DNA from: an uncultured delta proteobacterium
GTDB taxonomy: Bacteria > Myxococcota_A > UBA9160 > UBA4427
Direction: 5' to 3'
Length of the DNA: 64,000 nt
Assembly: GCA_963822965.1 (NCBI GenBank)
Contig: CAWGJT010000013.1
Coordinates: forward strand, 96,001-160,000
Part shown: piece after piece, positions 27,887 to 38,180 of the stretch
How the letters are laid out: every line of letters starts with the position of its first letter
Position numbering within the stretch: the stretch's first letter is position 1
Made by a program: the position numbers and the translations under genes
Notes under the pieces: model-generated
Told to the model about the DNA's origin: nothing
The model's input: only the letters and a program-made list of their open reading frames with translations
Database searches by the model: none

Positions 27887-29056
27887 ATGAGCGCAGCGAA
27901 CTTCGGGACCGGGGCCGGGGCGGCGGATCACCCGGCGAACATCGGGCTGGACGGCGTGGTGGTCGCCGAGACGAGGCTCTCCCGCGTGGATGGTCGGAAC
28001 GGCAGGCTCGTGATCCGGGGCATCGAGCTCGAGCAGGCGGTCGAGCAGCTCTCGTTCGAAGGCATGACCGAGCTCCTGTGGAGCGATGAGCCCGTCCTGG
28101 CGCCGACCCGAGGCGAGGCGCTGCGCGGCCGCCTGGGCCGGGAGCGGGTGGAGGTGTTCTCGAGCCTCCCGCGTCTCGGGGACGCCCTGCGCCGGCCGGA
28201 CGGCATGGAGGCCCTGCGGGCGGGCCTCTCCCAGCTCGCCACGGGCGCTGACCCGATAGAGGAACGCGTTCGCATAGCTGCCGCGGTGCCGGTGCTGGCC
28301 GCCGCCTGGGCGCGGGGCCAGGGGCTGGGCCGGAAGGGAGCCCGCCTGGCCGCCGAGCGGCTCCCGGTCCGGCCGGACCCGAACCTCTCCCAGGCCGCCG
28401 ACTACCTGCGCATGCTGACCGGGCGCCCGCCGCTGCCTGCGCTGGTGGCGGCGTTGGACACCTACCTGTGCACCGTCGCCGAGCACGGCATGAACGCCTC
28501 GACGTTCGCCGCCCGGGTCGTCACCTCCACCGGCTCCGACACGATCTCGGCCGTGGTGGCTGCGCTCTGCGCCCTCAAGGGCCCTCTCCACGGCGGAGCC
28601 CCGGGGCCGGTCCTCGACATGCTCGAGGCCGTCGGCTCGCCGCCGCACGCGCGCCCGTGGCTCGAGGCCGAGCTCGCGAGCGGACGGCGCATCATGGGGC
28701 TGGGGCACCGGGTCTACCGGGTGCGCGACCCCCGTGCTGCGGTGCTCGAGCAGGCGATCCTCGCCCTGGAGGACGCCGGCATCTCGACCCACCGGCTGGA
28801 GCTCGCCCGGGCGGTGGAGCGCGAGGCCGCAGAGCTGCTGCGCAGCCGCCACCCGGACCGGCCCCTGGCGGCGAACGTGGAGTTCTACACGGCCGTGCTC
28901 CTCGACACCGTCGGTCTCGACCGGCGGCTCTTCACACCGACCTTCGCGGTAGGACGGGTGGCGGGATGGCTCGCTCACATCGACGAGCAGCGGAGACACG
29001 GGCGCCTCATCCGCCCCACCTCCCGCTACGTCGGGCCGCAGCCCAAGGCCGCATGA
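27887..29056 (+). CDS. Citrate synthase / 2-methylcitrate synthase family enzyme
   Basis: GAGGAGG RBS; GLDGVV, EHGMNASTF, GPLHGGA, MGLGHRVYRVRDPR, NVEFY. Confidence 0.9.
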   Translation: MSAANFGTGAGAADHPANIGLDGVVVAETRLSRVDGRNGRLVIRGIELEQAVEQLSFEGMTELLWSDEPVLAPTRGEALRGRLGRERVEVFSSLPRLGDALRRPDGMEALRAGLSQLATGADPIEERVRIAAAVPVLAAAWARGQGLGRKGARLAAERLPVRPDPNLSQAADYLRMLTGRPPLPALVAALDTYLCTVAEHGMNASTFAARVVTSTGSDTISAVVAALCALKGPLHGGAPGPVLDMLEAVGSPPHARPWLEAELASGRRIMGLGHRVYRVRDPRAAVLEQAILALEDAGISTHRLELARAVEREAAELLRSRHPDRPLAANVEFYTAVLLDTVGLDRRLFTPTFAVGRVAGWLAHIDEQRRHGRLIRPTSRYVGPQPKAA

Positions 29057-29087
29057 GCGAGCCCGACGGGCCGCGCGAGGGCCGCCG

Positions 29088-29849
29088 ATGGACCTGATCC
29101 CCATCGGCGGCCTCGACCTGGCGATCCTCGTGGTGGCCGCGCTGCTGACGTCGATGCTCTCGGCGGTGGTCGGCATGGCGGGCGGCATCACCCTGCTGGC
29201 GGTGATGCTCCTCTTCCTTCCACCCCTCGTCGTGATCCCCCTGCACGGCGCGGTGCAGCTCGTCTCCAACGGCTCGCGCACCTTCATCCAGCGCAGCCAC
29301 CTGCGCTGGGACATCATCTGGCGCTACGCGCTGCCGCTGCTGCCCATGGGCTTCGCGGGCCTCGCCATCGCCCGCAGCCTGCCCCCCGACGCCACGAAGG
29401 CGCTGATCGGCGTCTTCGTGCTCGTGGCGACCTGGGCGCCGGGAATCCTGCTGCTGGGCACGCACCCCGAGCAGACGAGCCCGAGCCGGCGCTTCTTCGC
29501 CCTCGGCGCGGTGGTGGGGCTGCTCAACGTGACCCTGGGCGCGACGGGACCGCTGATCGCCCCCTTCTTCCTGAACCTGGGGCTCAGCCGGTTCGCGCTC
29601 ATCGGCACCAAGGCCGCCTGCCAGGCCGCGGGCCACCTGGCCAAGATCGTGGTCTTCGGCGTGGCGGGCTTCGCGTTCGGCGGCTGGGTGGCCGTGCTGG
29701 CGATCCTCTCGGCCGCGGTCGTCGCGGGCACCTGGCTCGGGAGCCGGCTGCTCGAGCACGTGAACGAGCGCTGGTTCGCGTGGCTCTACAAGTCGGTGCT
29801 CACCGTCATCGCCGTCCGCCTCACCTTGCAGGCCCTGTGGCCCGGGTGA
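29088..29849 (+). CDS. TauE/SafE (TSUP) family membrane transporter
   Basis: About 8 TM helices; SAVVGMAGG and GATGPL repeats. Confidence 0.8.
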   Translation: MDLIPIGGLDLAILVVAALLTSMLSAVVGMAGGITLLAVMLLFLPPLVVIPLHGAVQLVSNGSRTFIQRSHLRWDIIWRYALPLLPMGFAGLAIARSLPPDATKALIGVFVLVATWAPGILLLGTHPEQTSPSRRFFALGAVVGLLNVTLGATGPLIAPFFLNLGLSRFALIGTKAACQAAGHLAKIVVFGVAGFAFGGWVAVLAILSAAVVAGTWLGSRLLEHVNERWFAWLYKSVLTVIAVRLTLQALWPG

Positions 29850-29900
29850 GCGCCGGGCGGCTGACAGCCGTCGGCGACCCCGAAACAGCCGTGAGCGATC

Positions 29901-31007
29901 TCAGTACAGGATGACGCTCCGGATCACCGAGCCGTCGTGCATGCGATCGAAGGCGTCGTTGATCCGCTCGAGCGGCAGGGTCGCCGACACCATCTCGTCG
30001 AGCTTGATGCGACCCGACATGTAGCGGTCCACGAATCCCGGCAGCTGGGTGCGGCCCCGGGTGCCGCCGAATGCCGTTCCCCGCCACGAGCGGCCGGTCA
30101 CGAGCAGGAACGGCCGGGCGTGGATCTCCTGGCCGGCCCCCGCGACGCCGATGATGATGGACTGCCCCCAACCCTTGTGGGTGCAGCGAAGGGCCGTGCC
30201 CATCAGCTCCACGTTGCCCACGCACTCGAACGAGTAGTCGACGCCGCCGTCGGTCATCTCGATGATGGCCGCCTCGACGTCGCCCGCCTGGGCCGGGTCG
30301 ATGCAGTCCGTCGCCCCGAAGGCCCGCGCCATCTCGAACTTGCCCGGGTTCGTGTCCACGGCGAGGATGCGCTCGGCGCCCGCCATCACGGCGCCCTGGA
30401 TGACCGAGAGACCGATTCCGCCCAGGCCGAAGACCGCGATGGACGAGCCGGGCTCCGCCTTGGCGGTGTGGAGCACGGCGCCGATGCCGGTGGTGACTCC
30501 GCAGCCCAGCAGGCACACCTTGTCCAGCGGCGCGTCCTTGCGGATCTTCGCGAGGGCGATCTCGGGCACCACCGTGTGCTCCGAGAACGTCGACGTCCCC
30601 ATGTAGTGGTGCACCATGCGACCACCGTGGGAGAAGCGGCTGGTGCCGTCGGGCATCACCCCTCTGCCCTGGGTGTCGCGGATGCGCCCGCACAGGTTCG
30701 TCTTGCCCGAGAGGCAGAACTTGCACTCCCGGCACTCGGGCGTGTAGAGCGGGATCACGTGGTCGCCCACCGCCAGCCCGCGAACCCCGGGACCCACCTC
30801 CTCCACGACCCCGGCCCCCTCGTGGCCCAGGATCGCCGGGAACAGGCCCTCCGGATCCGCACCACTCAAGGTGAAGGCGTCCGTGTGACAGACGCCGGTG
30901 GCCGCCAGCCGCACGAGGCACTCGCCCTCGTGCGGTCCCTCGAGATCGACCTCGTCGATCTCGAGGGGCTTTCCGGCCTCGAACGCGACGGCGGCTCGGG
31001 TCTTCAC
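29901..31007 (-). CDS. frmA: S-(hydroxymethyl)glutathione dehydrogenase / class III alcohol dehydrogenase
   Basis: [55 protein letters not shown]. Confidence 0.93.
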   Translation of the reverse strand: MKTRAAVAFEAGKPLEIDEVDLEGPHEGECLVRLAATGVCHTDAFTLSGADPEGLFPAILGHEGAGVVEEVGPGVRGLAVGDHVIPLYTPECRECKFCLSGKTNLCGRIRDTQGRGVMPDGTSRFSHGGRMVHHYMGTSTFSEHTVVPEIALAKIRKDAPLDKVCLLGCGVTTGIGAVLHTAKAEPGSSIAVFGLGGIGLSVIQGAVMAGAERILAVDTNPGKFEMARAFGATDCIDPAQAGDVEAAIIEMTDGGVDYSFECVGNVELMGTALRCTHKGWGQSIIIGVAGAGQEIHARPFLLVTGRSWRGTAFGGTRGRTQLPGFVDRYMSGRIKLDEMVSATLPLERINDAFDRMHDGSVIRSVILY

Positions 31008-31072
31008 GAAGCGCTCCTCCTCGTCTCGATGCCTCTCTGCGTCTCCATCCGCTCCTCCGCCTCCTTGCGCCG

Positions 31073-31720
31073 TCAGTCGCGCGGGAAGGCCGCCTCCTCT
31101 TCGGCGACGAGGGCGGCGAAGCTCGGCCGCGCGAGGACGCGCTCGGCGTACGCAGCGAGGCGCGGCCAGCGCGCCGGATCGATCGCCTCGCCGCAGTGGC
31201 GGAGCTGGACGAAGACCGTGCCCAGGGCGATGTCGGCGATGCCGAAGGACGCTCCCACCATCCAGCCCTGCTCGGGCGTCTCCGTCTCGAGGTAGTCGAA
31301 GACGGGCGGGACGAGCAGCTTCATCTGGCGCTCGACGATCGCCTCGTCGCTCCCCTGCTTGAAGAGCACGCGCTGAACGAAGCGCTGGGAGAAGATGGGC
31401 GCGATCACCTCCACCACCTTGGTGTCAGCGTACTCCTCGAACCAGAGCGCGCGTCCGAGCTGCCGCGCGTCTTCGGGATAGAGCGGAGGATCGGGCTTCT
31501 CGCGCTCGAGGTAGGCGATGATCACCGACGAGTCGGGCAGCACGAAGTCGCCGTCCTGGTAGACGGGAACCTTGGCCAGCGGCGAGATCTTCTTGAACGA
31601 CTCCGGGACGTTGCCGGGCATGACGTGCACCAGCTCGTAGTCGAGGCCCTTCTCGGCCATGGCGACCCGCACCTTGCGCACGAACGGCGACGGGCTCACG
31701 CCATGGATGAGGACCGGCAT
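31073..31720 (-). CDS. Glutathione S-transferase family protein
   Basis: SPFVRKV, SPLAKVP, DSSVI, FGIADI; GGAGG RBS before MPVLI. Confidence 0.9.
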   Translation of the reverse strand: MPVLIHGVSPSPFVRKVRVAMAEKGLDYELVHVMPGNVPESFKKISPLAKVPVYQDGDFVLPDSSVIIAYLEREKPDPPLYPEDARQLGRALWFEEYADTKVVEVIAPIFSQRFVQRVLFKQGSDEAIVERQMKLLVPPVFDYLETETPEQGWMVGASFGIADIALGTVFVQLRHCGEAIDPARWPRLAAYAERVLARPSFAALVAEEEAAFPRD

Positions 31721-31748
31721 CGGAGCGCCTCCATCTCGGCCGTCGCGG

Positions 31749-32078
31749 CTACTGGGACTGCGGCGAGCAGGCACGCCAAGCGTAGCCCGCGGCCAGCAGG
31801 ATCATCCACAGGAGCGTCATGCCCGCGCGCAGCATCGAGCGGCGCATCGGCTCCTCTTCGACGCTCTCGTCCTGGGCAACGGGCAGCTCGAAGCGTTGCA
31901 TCTCCCCGGCCTCCGCGTAGGAGCGCGGGTCGCCCGGGCTCATCCGGGGCTCGGAAGCCGCGAATCGGCTCCGGGGCGGCGGCTCCGCCCGGGTGCGCCC
32001 TCCGCAGTGCATGCAGACCCGCGTCCCGGCGGGAAACGTGACGTTGCATCTGTGGCACCAGACTTCGTACTGCGACAT
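31749..32078 (-). CDS. Small hypothetical protein with zinc-ribbon and C-terminal TM helix
   Basis: CHRC...CMHC pairs; hydrophobic C-terminus. Confidence 0.65.
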   Translation of the reverse strand: MSQYEVWCHRCNVTFPAGTRVCMHCGGRTRAEPPPRSRFAASEPRMSPGDPRSYAEAGEMQRFELPVAQDESVEEEPMRRSMLRAGMTLLWMILLAAGYAWRACSPQSQ

Positions 32079-32336
32079 GGGATCGGCTTCCGTTCGTACC
32101 CGCCGGAATCATGGACGAGCAGGAGAGGAGTCTAACGCCTCGACGCCCAGACTCACACGCGGCCGCCGCGCACCCCGGGGCAACCGGGCCCCGAGGCCGG
32201 GATCTGCGCGGCAACCGGCCGCTCGCCTCCGGGCAGGCGGAAATCGGAGGCTTCCGCGGCTAGACTGCGCGGTCTTCGAACGGCCCACCCCGCGAGCGCC
32301 GGAATCCGGCGCGCACCGAAGAGAGGATCCTCCACC

Positions 32337-33638
32337 ATGCAGTCACGCAACGTCGTTCTCGTCGACGGAGTCCGCTCCGCCTTTGCCCGGGGCGGCCGCG
32401 GCATGCTCGTCGCGACGCGCCTGGACGACGCGGGTGCAAAGGTGCTCCGCGCACTGCTCGACCGCGTTCCCAAGCTCCACGATTCCATGATCGAGGACGT
32501 CGGCCTGGGCAACGTCAGCGGACAGGGCGAGTTCGTGGGCCTGGGCAACGTCGTCCGCCTCGCGGGACTTCCCATGGAGGTCTGCTCGTTCAACTCCAAC
32601 CGCCAGTGCGGCTCGAGCATGGAGACCTTCCACCGGGTGGCCCTGTCGATCGCGGTGGGCGCCACGGACTGCGGGATCGCCCTGGGCATCGAGCGCATGG
32701 GACGCGCGCTGGGGCTTCCCGGCGGCGCGAAGACCACGCGCATCACGCAGTTCAACCCGAAGCTCTTCCAGCTGAACGACGCGCAGCGCAACATGGCGCC
32801 GGACCACGACGAGAGCTTCTCGGTGCCGTTCCCCGACTACATCCTGGACTCGCCGCCGCTGCAATCGATGGTGCAGACGAGCCAGAACGTGGCCGAGTGC
32901 TACGGCCTCACCCGGGCCGAGCTGGACGAGTTCTCGGCGAAGAGCCACCAGAAGACCGCGGCCGCCTACGAGGCGGGCATCTACAAGGACGAGGTCGTAC
33001 CCCTCGAGGTGGAGGAGCCGGTCTTCGACGCGGAGCGCAACTGGGTCGAGGCGGAGGTGGGCAGGACCGTCACCTTCGACCGGGACGAGTGCATCCGCGC
33101 CGACACCACCGCCGACAAGCTCGGCGGTCTCAATCCCCTGGGTGGCGTGAAGAGCTTCGGCGACAAGCCCATCGTGGTGACCGCCGGCAACTCGTGCCCC
33201 ACCAACGACGGCATCTCCGCTGCGTTGCTCATGAGCGAGGAGAAGGCGCTCGCCCTGGGCCTCGAGCCGCTGGCGCGGATCGTCGGCATCGGCGTCGCCG
33301 GCGTGAAGCCCCAGGTGATGGGCCTCGGGCCGATCCCCGCCACGCGCAAGGCCCTCGCCCACGCGGGCATCCGCGTGGACCAGATCGACCGGGTCGAGTT
33401 CAACGAGGCCTTCGCGACCCAGGTGCTCGCGTCCATCCGGGACCTGGGCATCGACGAGTCGAAGGTCAACGTGAACGGCGGCTCCATCGCCATCGGTCAC
33501 CCGCTCGGTGCCACGGGCGCGCGGCTGGTGACGACCGTCGCCAAAGAGCTGCGTCGCAGCAACACGCGCTACGGGCTCGCCACCCAGTGCATCGGCGCCG
33601 GCATGGGAATCTCGACGATCCTCGAGCGGCTCGACTGA
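32337..33638 (+). CDS. Thiolase (acetyl-CoA C-acyltransferase)
   Basis: NRQCGSS, NEAFA, GHPLGATG, CIGAGMG. Confidence 0.93.
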   Translation: MQSRNVVLVDGVRSAFARGGRGMLVATRLDDAGAKVLRALLDRVPKLHDSMIEDVGLGNVSGQGEFVGLGNVVRLAGLPMEVCSFNSNRQCGSSMETFHRVALSIAVGATDCGIALGIERMGRALGLPGGAKTTRITQFNPKLFQLNDAQRNMAPDHDESFSVPFPDYILDSPPLQSMVQTSQNVAECYGLTRAELDEFSAKSHQKTAAAYEAGIYKDEVVPLEVEEPVFDAERNWVEAEVGRTVTFDRDECIRADTTADKLGGLNPLGGVKSFGDKPIVVTAGNSCPTNDGISAALLMSEEKALALGLEPLARIVGIGVAGVKPQVMGLGPIPATRKALAHAGIRVDQIDRVEFNEAFATQVLASIRDLGIDESKVNVNGGSIAIGHPLGATGARLVTTVAKELRRSNTRYGLATQCIGAGMGISTILERLD

Positions 33639-33682
33639 GCCGCGCCCCCGGCCGGACCGGCGGGGAGCCCGCAAGCGAGAGC

Positions 33683-33717
33683 CGAGGGCCCGGCGGGCGT
33701 CGCCCGCCGGGCCCTCG
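33683..33717. terminator. Perfect 17-bp inverted repeat between convergent genes (possible bidirectional terminator)
   Basis: cgagggcccggcgggcg-t-cgcccgccgggccctcg; no clear U tail. Confidence 0.6.
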
Positions 33718-33742
33718 CACGTTCGGGGAGCCCCGCCGGGGC

Positions 33743-34315
33743 TCAGTGGACGCCGGGCGTCAGGATCAGGGTGGCCGGGTCGATCCCCAGGCTGCGGACC
33801 ACGTAGTCCCACATGGACTCGGGCGCCACGTCGAAGATGGCCTCGCGGCTCGCGGGTGCGGTCAGCCAGACGCCCTCGGCCATCTCGCCCTCGAGCTGTC
33901 CCGGCCCCCAGCCCGCGTAGCCGAGGAAGAGCCGCACCTCGCCGGGAGGCGCCTCGGCGATGGTGCGCAGCACGTTGAGCGAGCCCGCGAAGAAGACGCC
34001 GCCTCCGAGATCCGTGGCCTCGTCGGTCACCCCGGCGGCGGGGCCCAGCAGGTCGTCGTTCGCGAAGAGCATCCAGCCGGTGTGCGGCTGCACCGGTCCG
34101 CCCCAGTGCAGCGAGGCCTCGGGGTCTCCGCCCCAGTGCATGTCGAGGCCGATGCACAGCTCGCGGGCGGACATGTCCACCGGACGGTTCAGCACGAGGC
34201 CGAAGGTCCCCTCCTCGTCGTGCTGGACGATCATCATCACCGTCCGCACGAAGTTGGGATCCTGGAGCTGGGGCATCGCGATCAGCAGCGACGCCGTCAG
34301 GGGGGAGTCGGCCAC
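33743..34315 (-). CDS. YqgE/AlgH family protein
   Basis: LLIAMPQLQDPNF, GLVLNRP, GGPV, FLGYAGWGPGQLEGE. Confidence 0.92.
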   Translation of the reverse strand: MADSPLTASLLIAMPQLQDPNFVRTVMMIVQHDEEGTFGLVLNRPVDMSARELCIGLDMHWGGDPEASLHWGGPVQPHTGWMLFANDDLLGPAAGVTDEATDLGGGVFFAGSLNVLRTIAEAPPGEVRLFLGYAGWGPGQLEGEMAEGVWLTAPASREAIFDVAPESMWDYVVRSLGIDPATLILTPGVH

Positions 34316-34445
34316 CGCCGCAGCGTAGCAGCCCCGGCCCGGGCCGGACGAGGGCCAGCCGCATTGCGGGGCTTCCAGCGACACGGGAATCCGCGGCCTT
34401 CAGTGTCCCGGCCGATGCGTCGAAGAGCCCTGGCGGGAGACGGCA

Positions 34446-35738
34446 ATGAGTGAAGTCCCGCGCATCCTGATCCTCGACGACGGCGAGCTCGGCGAGGTCG
34501 CCGGCATGCTCGAGCGCCTGCACGTCGATCACACGCGGCTGCGCGGCGGCAACGTCGGCGAAGACCTCGCGCCTCCCAGCCACCTGCTGATCACGACGCC
34601 GCGGCGCGCGATGGCGGTGCGGCCCGGCTCGTCGAAGCGACGCGCCCCCGGAGAGGCCCTGCGGATCATCGTCGTCAACGAGGACTCGAACGAGATGCGC
34701 CGCATGCTGCGGCGCATGGGCTTCCACCTGCTCGTGCGACGCGGCGCCCACCCCGAGGTCTGGCGACTGCTGGTGGAGCGCTCGCTCTTCCAGGGCGACG
34801 AGCGACGAACCGACCCGCGCCTTCCCGTCGGCGCGCCGATCTCGCTGGCCTCCTTCAAGGAATCGCGCGGCGGCGAGAAGCGCACGCCCGCCGGCGCGAG
34901 CGCGCTGCTGGTGGACATCTCGAACCGCGGCTGCCGTCTGGCGACGAACGAGCCGCTGCAGCCGGGCGCGCGCATCTCGCTCGCGATCCGGCTCGACGAC
35001 CAGGGCGGCGACGTGCTGCACCTGCGCGGGCGTCTCGTGCGCTTCTCCACCCTGCCGCCCGCGAACGCGCACGGCTACACGGCCGCGATGCTCTTCGACC
35101 GCGACCTGGCCGAGGGCGATCGCGTGCTGCTCACGCACCTGCTGAACGACCTCGCGGTGGGACCGGGCTCGCTCAGCTACGGACCCGCGGAGGCGCTGCC
35201 CCCCTGCGAGAGCCCGGTGATCCCCGGGCTGACCCTCGACGCCGAGACCGACCCCGCCGTCCAGGCCGGCGTCGAGATCGAGATCGAGCAGGAAGATCGC
35301 GAGCCCGAGGAGCCCGCCGAGGTGGTCGAGCTGAACCGGCGGCGAAGTCCGCGCGGCGCCTTCACCGGGGGCGTCCTCGCCACCAACACCACGCCCGGCG
35401 CCGACGGACGCGAGCGGCGCGTGCTGATCGGGCGCGATCTGTCGGCGGGCGGGATGCGCGTCGAGAAGACGGCGGGTGTCCGCGTCGGAGACCGCTTCTG
35501 TCTCGCGATCTACGGACCCGCGCGCCACGAGCCCTTCGTGCTGCACGCCTGCGTGAAGCGCGACGATGGCGATTCGGGCTTCGCGCTCACCTTCGTCGAC
35601 GTCCCCGCACCCGTCGCCCGGGATCTCGAGAAGCTCGTCGCCTGCCTGCCGGACGTCGAGTCCCTCGAAGAGGGCGAGACCGGCGGCATGGGCGCGGTGA
35701 TCTCCGAGGTCCTGTCCCGAACCAACGACGCCGATTGA
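34446..35738 (+). CDS. Tandem PilZ-domain protein with degenerate receiver-like N-terminus
   Basis: RRTDPR...DISNRG and RRRSPR...DLSAGG (RxxxR / DxSxxG twice); RILILDD N-terminus. Confidence 0.8.
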   Translation: MSEVPRILILDDGELGEVAGMLERLHVDHTRLRGGNVGEDLAPPSHLLITTPRRAMAVRPGSSKRRAPGEALRIIVVNEDSNEMRRMLRRMGFHLLVRRGAHPEVWRLLVERSLFQGDERRTDPRLPVGAPISLASFKESRGGEKRTPAGASALLVDISNRGCRLATNEPLQPGARISLAIRLDDQGGDVLHLRGRLVRFSTLPPANAHGYTAAMLFDRDLAEGDRVLLTHLLNDLAVGPGSLSYGPAEALPPCESPVIPGLTLDAETDPAVQAGVEIEIEQEDREPEEPAEVVELNRRRSPRGAFTGGVLATNTTPGADGRERRVLIGRDLSAGGMRVEKTAGVRVGDRFCLAIYGPARHEPFVLHACVKRDDGDSGFALTFVDVPAPVARDLEKLVACLPDVESLEEGETGGMGAVISEVLSRTNDAD

Positions 35739-35760
35739 GCCCGCGGGTCGACCCGCCGCT

Positions 35761-36774
35761 TCAGGCCGAGGGCACCTGGGGCTTCGGGAAGCGCACGTAC
35801 TCGTCCACCAGCATCATCGCGAAGTCGCGGCCCGTGGGTCGCTCTCCCGTGAGCCGGCCGCGACGGCGGAGGTCGGCGTCGAGGGTGTCGAGGATGAAGT
35901 CGGTGGCGAGATCGTCGCTGGCCTCGCGCCAGCGCCGCCGGTCGGCCTCGTCGGCGAAGCAGTAGGCCTTCCACGAGACGGAGAAGCGCATCTCCTCCCA
36001 GCGATAGCGAGAGACGGTCTCCTCGCCCTCCCGCACGCTCCAGCCCCCCCCACCCAGGGCGACGAGCCGCATGCCGGGGCGCAGCATGGGCATCTCCTCG
36101 CTCGTCTGCTCCACCCGATCGACGCCGTGGAAGACGCTGTCCGTGTCCAGGATGACCGCCGTGTTGAAGTGCACGGGGTGTGCGATGGGCGCGCTCTCGG
36201 CGCCGTCGGGATAGAACGCGAAGGCGCCGCCCCGGGCGTCGTGGAACCACGAGACCGCCGTCGCGACGGGCATTCGCCAGGCGTCGAAGAGGCCCGAATG
36301 ATGCATCACCACCAGCAGCCACTGGGGGTGCACCTTGCGGTTCGCACCGCGGAACTCGGGCACGTCCGTGTGCACCGCCAGCTCCTGGCCCGGCACGAGC
36401 AGGTTCGCGTACACGATGGCGGGCACCACGATCGGCCGGCCGTGAATCGCGCGCGCCGCCTCCACGAAGCCTTCGTGGTGGAGGAAGGGCTCGATGCCCG
36501 GCGCCCGCACCTCGTCCCCGTACGCGTAGGTCTCCCGGAAGTAGTTCGTGCGCGCGGCCAGCACCTCGAAGCCCTCGGCGCGCCCGAAGCGACCGCCCGT
36601 CTTGACGAAGTTGAAGGCCGCGTCGAAGCGCTGGGGAAGGCCCTCTCCGATGCCCTCGTTCAGCCCCTCTTCGGAGTACATCCCGTAGCTTCCGAAGCGC
36701 TCGCACAGGGCGACCATCTCCCCGGCGTCGGCGGGGGTCAGCAGCGGATCGAAGAGGCGGTACGTGGCGGTCAT
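35761..36774 (-). CDS. Putative 2OG-Fe(II) oxygenase-like protein
   Basis: VHTDVP (HxD) and distal FHGV; RFSVSW. Confidence 0.6.
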   Translation of the reverse strand: MTATYRLFDPLLTPADAGEMVALCERFGSYGMYSEEGLNEGIGEGLPQRFDAAFNFVKTGGRFGRAEGFEVLAARTNYFRETYAYGDEVRAPGIEPFLHHEGFVEAARAIHGRPIVVPAIVYANLLVPGQELAVHTDVPEFRGANRKVHPQWLLVVMHHSGLFDAWRMPVATAVSWFHDARGGAFAFYPDGAESAPIAHPVHFNTAVILDTDSVFHGVDRVEQTSEEMPMLRPGMRLVALGGGGWSVREGEETVSRYRWEEMRFSVSWKAYCFADEADRRRWREASDDLATDFILDTLDADLRRRGRLTGERPTGRDFAMMLVDEYVRFPKPQVPSA

Positions 36775-36846
36775 CGCGAGCTCCGCGGAGGCGTTCTCGG
36801 GTTGGGGGCGGCCGGGAGGGACCCGGAGCCCGGAGTATAGGCGCGC

Positions 36847-37755
36847 TCACGTGAGCGCGTGCGCCACCGGCACCACCTCGTCGATCAGCCTGCGCGCCTG
36901 GTCCATGAGATCCTCGTCCCCCGAGGCGACCGGAATCAGCACGAACTTCGAGACGCCGGCGGCGCGGTACTCCCCGATCCGGTCCAGGATCGCCCGGACG
37001 TCGCCAGCGGCGGCGTAGCCGGCGCCGGCGCGGGCCGCACCGGTGAAGCGCGCCACCAGCGGGTCATCCGCCGCGCCGAAGCGGAACGGAAAGCCGGCCC
37101 CGTAGTGGTCCTCGGGAATCGGGCGGCCTGCGCGTCGCGATTCGGACCGGATCGCCTCGATGACCGGCGCCACCTGGGCCGGCGTCTGGATCCCGGCGAG
37201 CCAGCCGGTCCCGAGACGCGCCGTGCGGCGGATGGCGGCGGGGCTGCTTCCGCCGATCCAGCACGGCAGGGGCTGCTGCACGGGGCGGGGAGAGATCGAG
37301 GCGTCGCGATAGCGGTAGTGCCGGCCCTCGAAGCTGACCGACTCCTCGCTCCAGAGGCGCTGCATCAGGGTGAGGGCCTCGTCGGCCCGGCCGCCGCGCC
37401 CGGCCGGGCTCCGCCCCGTCGCCTGCCACTCCGGGGCGTTCTCGCCGCCGACGCCGAAGACCGGCAGCAGACGCCCGTCGCTCAGGTGGTCGATGGTCGC
37501 GCACTGCCGGGCGAGCAGCAGCGGATCGCGCAGGCTCACCACCACCGCGTTCATCCCGAACTTGAGGCGCTCGGTCGCCCCGGCGAGAGCCGCCATGGTG
37601 CTCAGGGCTTCCAGGTACGGCTGCCGGGACACCAGGCGATCCGTCTGCCACAGGGAGTCCACGTCGCTCCCCTCGCACAGATCCACGAAGCGGAAGAACG
37701 CCCGGGCCGACGAGAACGGATTCGTGGCCAGCCCGAGCCCCACCTTGACCTTCAC
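36847..37755 (-). CDS. LLM class flavin-dependent oxidoreductase
   Basis: GGGAGG RBS; AGATERLKFG, RDPLLLARQ, LSDGRL, P.P.Q.PLP.WIGGSS..AIRR. Confidence 0.88.
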   Translation of the reverse strand: MKVKVGLGLATNPFSSARAFFRFVDLCEGSDVDSLWQTDRLVSRQPYLEALSTMAALAGATERLKFGMNAVVVSLRDPLLLARQCATIDHLSDGRLLPVFGVGGENAPEWQATGRSPAGRGGRADEALTLMQRLWSEESVSFEGRHYRYRDASISPRPVQQPLPCWIGGSSPAAIRRTARLGTGWLAGIQTPAQVAPVIEAIRSESRRAGRPIPEDHYGAGFPFRFGAADDPLVARFTGAARAGAGYAAAGDVRAILDRIGEYRAAGVSKFVLIPVASGDEDLMDQARRLIDEVVPVAHALT

Positions 37756-37771
37756 CCGAGCCCTCCCAGCC

Positions 37772-38120
37772 GCGACCCACAAGAGGGGGAGCAGCACGCC
37801 CGCGAGCCGCCTCGATCCCCATTCGGCCGCAACCCAGCCACGACCCAAGAGGAGGGGAGTACCCCGCCCGCGAGCCGCCTCGATCCCCATTCGGCCGCAA
37901 CCCAGCCACGACCCAAGAGGAGGGGAGTACCCCGCCCGCGAGCCGCCTCGATCCCCATTCGGCCGCAACCCAGCCACGACCCAAGAGGAGGGGAGTACCC
38001 CGCCCGCGAGCCGCCTCGATCCCCATTCGGCCGCAACCCAGCCACGACCCAAGAGGAGGGGAGTACCCCGCCCGCGAGCCGCCTCGATCCCCATTCGGCC
38101 GCAACCCAGCCACGACCCAA
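37772..38120. repeat. 68-bp tandem repeat array, about 5 copies (last about 4.7 identical)
   Basis: cgcgagccgc recurs at 37801, 37869, 37937, 38005 and 38073; no spacers. Confidence 0.95.
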
Positions 38121-38158
38121 AACAGAACGCCCCAGCAGACTAGCTGCCGGGGCGTTCT
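38119..38158 (-). terminator. Intrinsic terminator of the csp gene
   Basis: Minus strand AGAACGCCCCGGCAG-ctagt-CTGCTGGGGCGTTCT followed by GTTTT. Confidence 0.8.
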
Positions 38159-38180
38159 CTCGCGTTCCTGCGAGTCGGTT

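Noticed and set aside
32343..35546. 1067-aa ORF on the minus strand
   Set aside because: It spans three well-supported genes in other frames and has no family motifs
37772..38120. Possible CRISPR array
   Set aside because: Units are identical over their full 68 bp with no unique spacers, and no cas genes are in the window
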